Positions 60,976 through 64,000 of a stretch of 64,000 nt of DNA are shown in pieces. A program made the translations under genes and the position numbers. Numbering within the stretch: the first letter of the stretch is position 1; every line of letters begins with the position of its first letter. Source of the stretch: Candidatus Dormiibacterota bacterium (GTDB lineage Bacteria > Chloroflexota > Dormibacteria > Aeolococcales > Aeolococcaceae); the NCBI GenBank assembly GCA_963718525.1, contig OY970355.1, forward strand, positions 1,568,001 to 1,632,000, in the 5' to 3' direction. The notes under the pieces are model-generated. The model made no database searches. It was not told the origin of the DNA and saw only the letters and a list, made by a program, of their open reading frames with translations.

Positions 60976-62496
60976 TCATGCAACGGCGGGGACGTTAGCG
61001 CCTCGGCGCAGCAGCACGAGGGCGAGGAGTGCCCAAACAACCGCTGTGCCGGCGCATCGCAACAGGAGCGCGGCGACGTCGAGGTGGCCCGGACGCAAAC
61101 CGCTCACCCCCATGTCGAGCACCACGGTGACCGCGACGGCGACCAGCAGCACCAGCGTCATCTTCAGATACAGCGCACCGCGCTCGCGGACATGCCGATC
61201 CCAGATGTGCGGGGCGGCGGTCTCGAAGATGACCACTGCCACGAGGAACTGCACCCACACGTCATTCATCGCGACTGCCTGCGCGCCCCAACCGGTCCGC
61301 AGGGCGATCACGTTCGCGACAATGTTGACGACAAGTGCGCCGGTCCAGATGGACAGGTGCCGCTTCTGGCGATTCACCCGTTTCGAGTTGAGCACGAGCG
61401 AAGGGACGGTGGCGATGGGAAGGAGCAGGATGGTCAGCGCAAGGATGTCGAACAGGCGGATGGAGGGCGCGAAGCTCGGCGTGAACGCCATGACCAGCGG
61501 GGCAAATCCTGCCTGGCCAAGCCCGGCGATGGTCGCGGCGATGAGCGCCATCGCGATGGTGATTCGCTCGGCATGCCGAGCCCAGAGCGGTCCGCTCGCT
61601 CCGCGGCCGAGCTCGCGCCAGATGGTCGGCAGCAGGACCGCCTGGATACCGCCGATCGCGTTTGTGGCCACCGCGATGGGCGCGGCCGCGAACGTGTACA
61701 GGCCCAGCACGAACGACGACGACGCGATGGCGACCGACGAGCTGCCCACGAGGCGGTAGGCCCAGTAGACCTCCGCGAGCAGGCCGAGCGGGAATCCGAC
61801 GCGCAGGAACGGGCGCGCAGCCCGCGTATCGAACGATGGTCGCAGTTGCAGGGGTGGGCGGAACACGAAGTAGATCGCGGCCGTCAGCAGGGATGCGAGC
61901 GCGGGCGCGACGAACATGCCGGGAGTTCCGATGGCTGCGACCAGCGCCACCAGCAGCACCGGCCCGAGGATCGCCTGCACCACGGCCACCTTGCCGACAA
62001 CGTCGAATCGCGACCGGGCCGACCACAGCGTGGAGAGGAAGCTGCTGCCGCTCGATGCGATCACCGCGACCGGCGCGAGGAAGAGCCCGAGCCGAAGCAC
62101 CCCGGACGAAACGAAGAGCCCGACAACCGCGAGTGCGATGCCGGGCAGCGCCGACACCACCAGCTCGAAGGAGAACCCGACGTTCTGGGCATGACGGGCC
62201 TCGCGCACCTCGCCGTGCGCGAGGTGGTCGATGACGGCGCGGATCGATCCCTCGAAGACCCCGCTGCGTATCAGCGTCGCATAGAGATAGATGAGCAGCA
62301 CGAACTGGCCGTCGCCGTATCGAGACGGTCCGAGCCAGTGCGCGGCAAGGAATCCCGCGCCGACGGCGAGCACCGAGCCGATCAGCGATGCTCCCGACAA
62401 TCCCGAAGCGGAGCGCAGGATCCTCCGCAGACCGAGGCTCTCGAGCGGATCCGGCACGCCGGCCTCCACCGGGAGCTCGTCCGTGGTGGTCACCAT
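60976..62496 (-). CDS. Oligosaccharide flippase (Wzx/MOP family)
   Basis: AHWLGPSRYG, GFPL, LGLYTFA; about 12-14 TM segments. Confidence 0.85.
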   Translation of the reverse strand: MVTTTDELPVEAGVPDPLESLGLRRILRSASGLSGASLIGSVLAVGAGFLAAHWLGPSRYGDGQFVLLIYLYATLIRSGVFEGSIRAVIDHLAHGEVREARHAQNVGFSFELVVSALPGIALAVVGLFVSSGVLRLGLFLAPVAVIASSGSSFLSTLWSARSRFDVVGKVAVVQAILGPVLLVALVAAIGTPGMFVAPALASLLTAAIYFVFRPPLQLRPSFDTRAARPFLRVGFPLGLLAEVYWAYRLVGSSSVAIASSSFVLGLYTFAAAPIAVATNAIGGIQAVLLPTIWRELGRGASGPLWARHAERITIAMALIAATIAGLGQAGFAPLVMAFTPSFAPSIRLFDILALTILLLPIATVPSLVLNSKRVNRQKRHLSIWTGALVVNIVANVIALRTGWGAQAVAMNDVWVQFLVAVVIFETAAPHIWDRHVRERGALYLKMTLVLLVAVAVTVVLDMGVSGLRPGHLDVAALLLRCAGTAVVWALLALVLLRRGANVPAVA

Positions 62497-63473
62497 CGCC
62501 GCCGGCGCGTGGCATCGCCGATTCTCGCCGCCAGAGAGGGCGAGGCCAGGATGAGCGCTGCCTCGAGAACGAAGCGAGGCGATCCCGGCAGGCAAGCGAG
62601 CGCGGCGCCGCGCGCCTTCCACGGCCGGTTCGCCCGTGCATGCGCATAAGCCGCCGCCAGTGCCCTGCGGCGCCTCATCCAGCTGAGAGTCGCCGCCGCG
62701 ACCTCCCGCTGCTGATCGTCACCGGCTTCCAGTACCGCGCGTTCGAGGACGCGCGAATACGTGTCGTAGATATCGGTGCGATGGCTGAGCCCTGTCGACT
62801 CCACCCGGTAGAGCAGGGTCGGCGCCGCGACCCCGTGCACTCTCAGGCCGGCCCGGATCATCCGTATCCACAGATCCCAGTCCTCCGCGCCCGAGACGCC
62901 GTCGCGAAAGCCGCCGGCGTCCTCATATGCCGCGCGCGGAAAGAGCGCGCCGATCGAGACGAAGTTGTGCCGCAGGATGTCGAGCATCTGATGGTCAGGC
63001 GCCGGAATGGGAAAATGATCGTGCTGCGTCGCGCGACGCACGCCTTCGCCCGGATGCCATCTGAGCGCATCCGCGCACACTATTCCACCGAAGCGCGCCT
63101 GGAGTGCAGCCAGTGACGCGAGGTGATCGGGGAGCCAGACATCGTCGGCGTCGAGCAGTGCGATCAACGGCGTCTCGATGCGTGCGATCGCGGCGCGTCG
63201 CGCCGCAGCGGGGCCGGAGTTCCGCTCGAGGCGGACGACCTCGACCGGGAGCAGTCCCTGCCAGCGTCGGGCGAGCGCCGGCGTGTCGTCGTCGGAGTGA
63301 TCGTCGCCGACCACAACGGCCGTGGGGGATAGCGTCTGAGCCGCGACTGATGCCAGCGCAGCGCCCAGCGTCCGCGTCGAGTTGTATGCGGGGATCACCA
63401 CGGCGATGGGGCTGACGGGGCTCTGGGAGGCGATGCCGCCGGCGCGAGGCTGCCGTTGCGGCTCCGTCGTCAC
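62490..63473 (-). CDS. GT2 glycosyltransferase
   Basis: VVIPAYN, DDHSDD, LDADD.W, EDWDLW. Confidence 0.9.
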   Translation of the reverse strand: MTTEPQRQPRAGGIASQSPVSPIAVVIPAYNSTRTLGAALASVAAQTLSPTAVVVGDDHSDDDTPALARRWQGLLPVEVVRLERNSGPAAARRAAIARIETPLIALLDADDVWLPDHLASLAALQARFGGIVCADALRWHPGEGVRRATQHDHFPIPAPDHQMLDILRHNFVSIGALFPRAAYEDAGGFRDGVSGAEDWDLWIRMIRAGLRVHGVAAPTLLYRVESTGLSHRTDIYDTYSRVLERAVLEAGDDQQREVAAATLSWMRRRRALAAAYAHARANRPWKARGAALACLPGSPRFVLEAALILASPSLAARIGDATRRRRW

Positions 63474-63537
63474 GGCCCCAGGGTACCCGTAGGAATCCGC
63501 CATGGGTTGCAGCCGGCGATCTCTATCATCTCCGGTC

Positions 63538-64000
63538 GTGAGCGCCCATAGCTATGGAAGCCAGGAGTTCCGGATCGGCGACCGGCCGGTCGGACCGGGC
63601 CATCCGACCTATGTCATCGCCGAAGCGGGCTCGAACCACAACCGAGACCTCGACACGGCCTTCGGGCTCATCGACGCCGCGGCGAATGCCGGCGCCGATG
63701 CTGTCAAATTCCAGACCTACACCGCCGAGGGCCTGTACTCGCGCCGCACACCGGACATGTCCTACCTCAAGGACCAGGGGCTCGTGGGTGAGCGCGAATC
63801 GGTCTGGGACCTGATCAAGCGGGTCGAGATTCCCTGGGAATGGCATGGTGATCTGGCCGCCCACGCCAGGAAGGCCGGGGTCGCGTTCCTCTCGACGCCG
63901 TTCCAGGAGGAGGCCGTCGACCTCCTGGACCAGATCGGCGTTCCCGCTTTCAAGATCGCCTCGTACGAGGTCAACCATCTTCCGCTCATCGAGCGTGCGG
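63538..64000 (+). CDS. NeuB/PseI-family nonulosonic acid synthase, 3' truncated by window edge
   Basis: Not in ORF track; translates as YVIAEAGSNHNRD...GADAVKFQTY...FLSTPF...FKIASYE. Confidence 0.92.
   Translation, partial: MSAHSYGSQEFRIGDRPVGPGHPTYVIAEAGSNHNRDLDTAFGLIDAAANAGADAVKFQTYTAEGLYSRRTPDMSYLKDQGLVGERESVWDLIKRVEIPWEWHGDLAAHARKAGVAFLSTPFQEEAVDLLDQIGVPAFKIASYEVNHLPLIERA

Overview
High-GC (roughly two-thirds G+C by eye) bacterial chromosomal segment. Gene content and order (tRNA-Leu-tig-clpP-clpX, valS, rplU-rpmA-obgE-nadD-rsfS, many GT-C glycosyltransferases, tRNAs without encoded CCA) suggest a monoderm soil lineage such as Chloroflexota/Dormibacterota or Actinomycetota; this is inference. 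Layout: 1-5.1 kb is an accessory-looking block next to tRNA-Thr (split tandem GGDEF gene, internally duplicated unknown protein, GtrC-like protein). 5.2-43.7 kb is mostly housekeeping. 43.7-64 kb is a surface polysaccharide cluster (priming transferase, ugd, UDP-GlcA decarboxylase, GT2/GT4, four methyltransferases, flippase, NeuB-like synthase). No CRISPR array, transposase or integrase was seen. Best leads: (1) a coupled operon of a membrane double-zinc-ribbon protein and four degenerate HyfB/E/F/C-like membrane subunits with no catalytic or Fe-S subunit; (2) a ClgR-like regulator with a C-terminal ClpX-type IGF motif, coupled to a second clpP, with two ClgR-like operators over its own promoter; (3) obgE in frame behind the rpmA stop with no canonical start codon; (4) a 36-aa internally deleted mscL; (5) a 109-nt hairpin plus uORF before maf; (6) widespread leaderless-type promoters. 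Several single-base frameshifts may be sequencing errors. All family calls come from motif recognition by eye, not from database searches.
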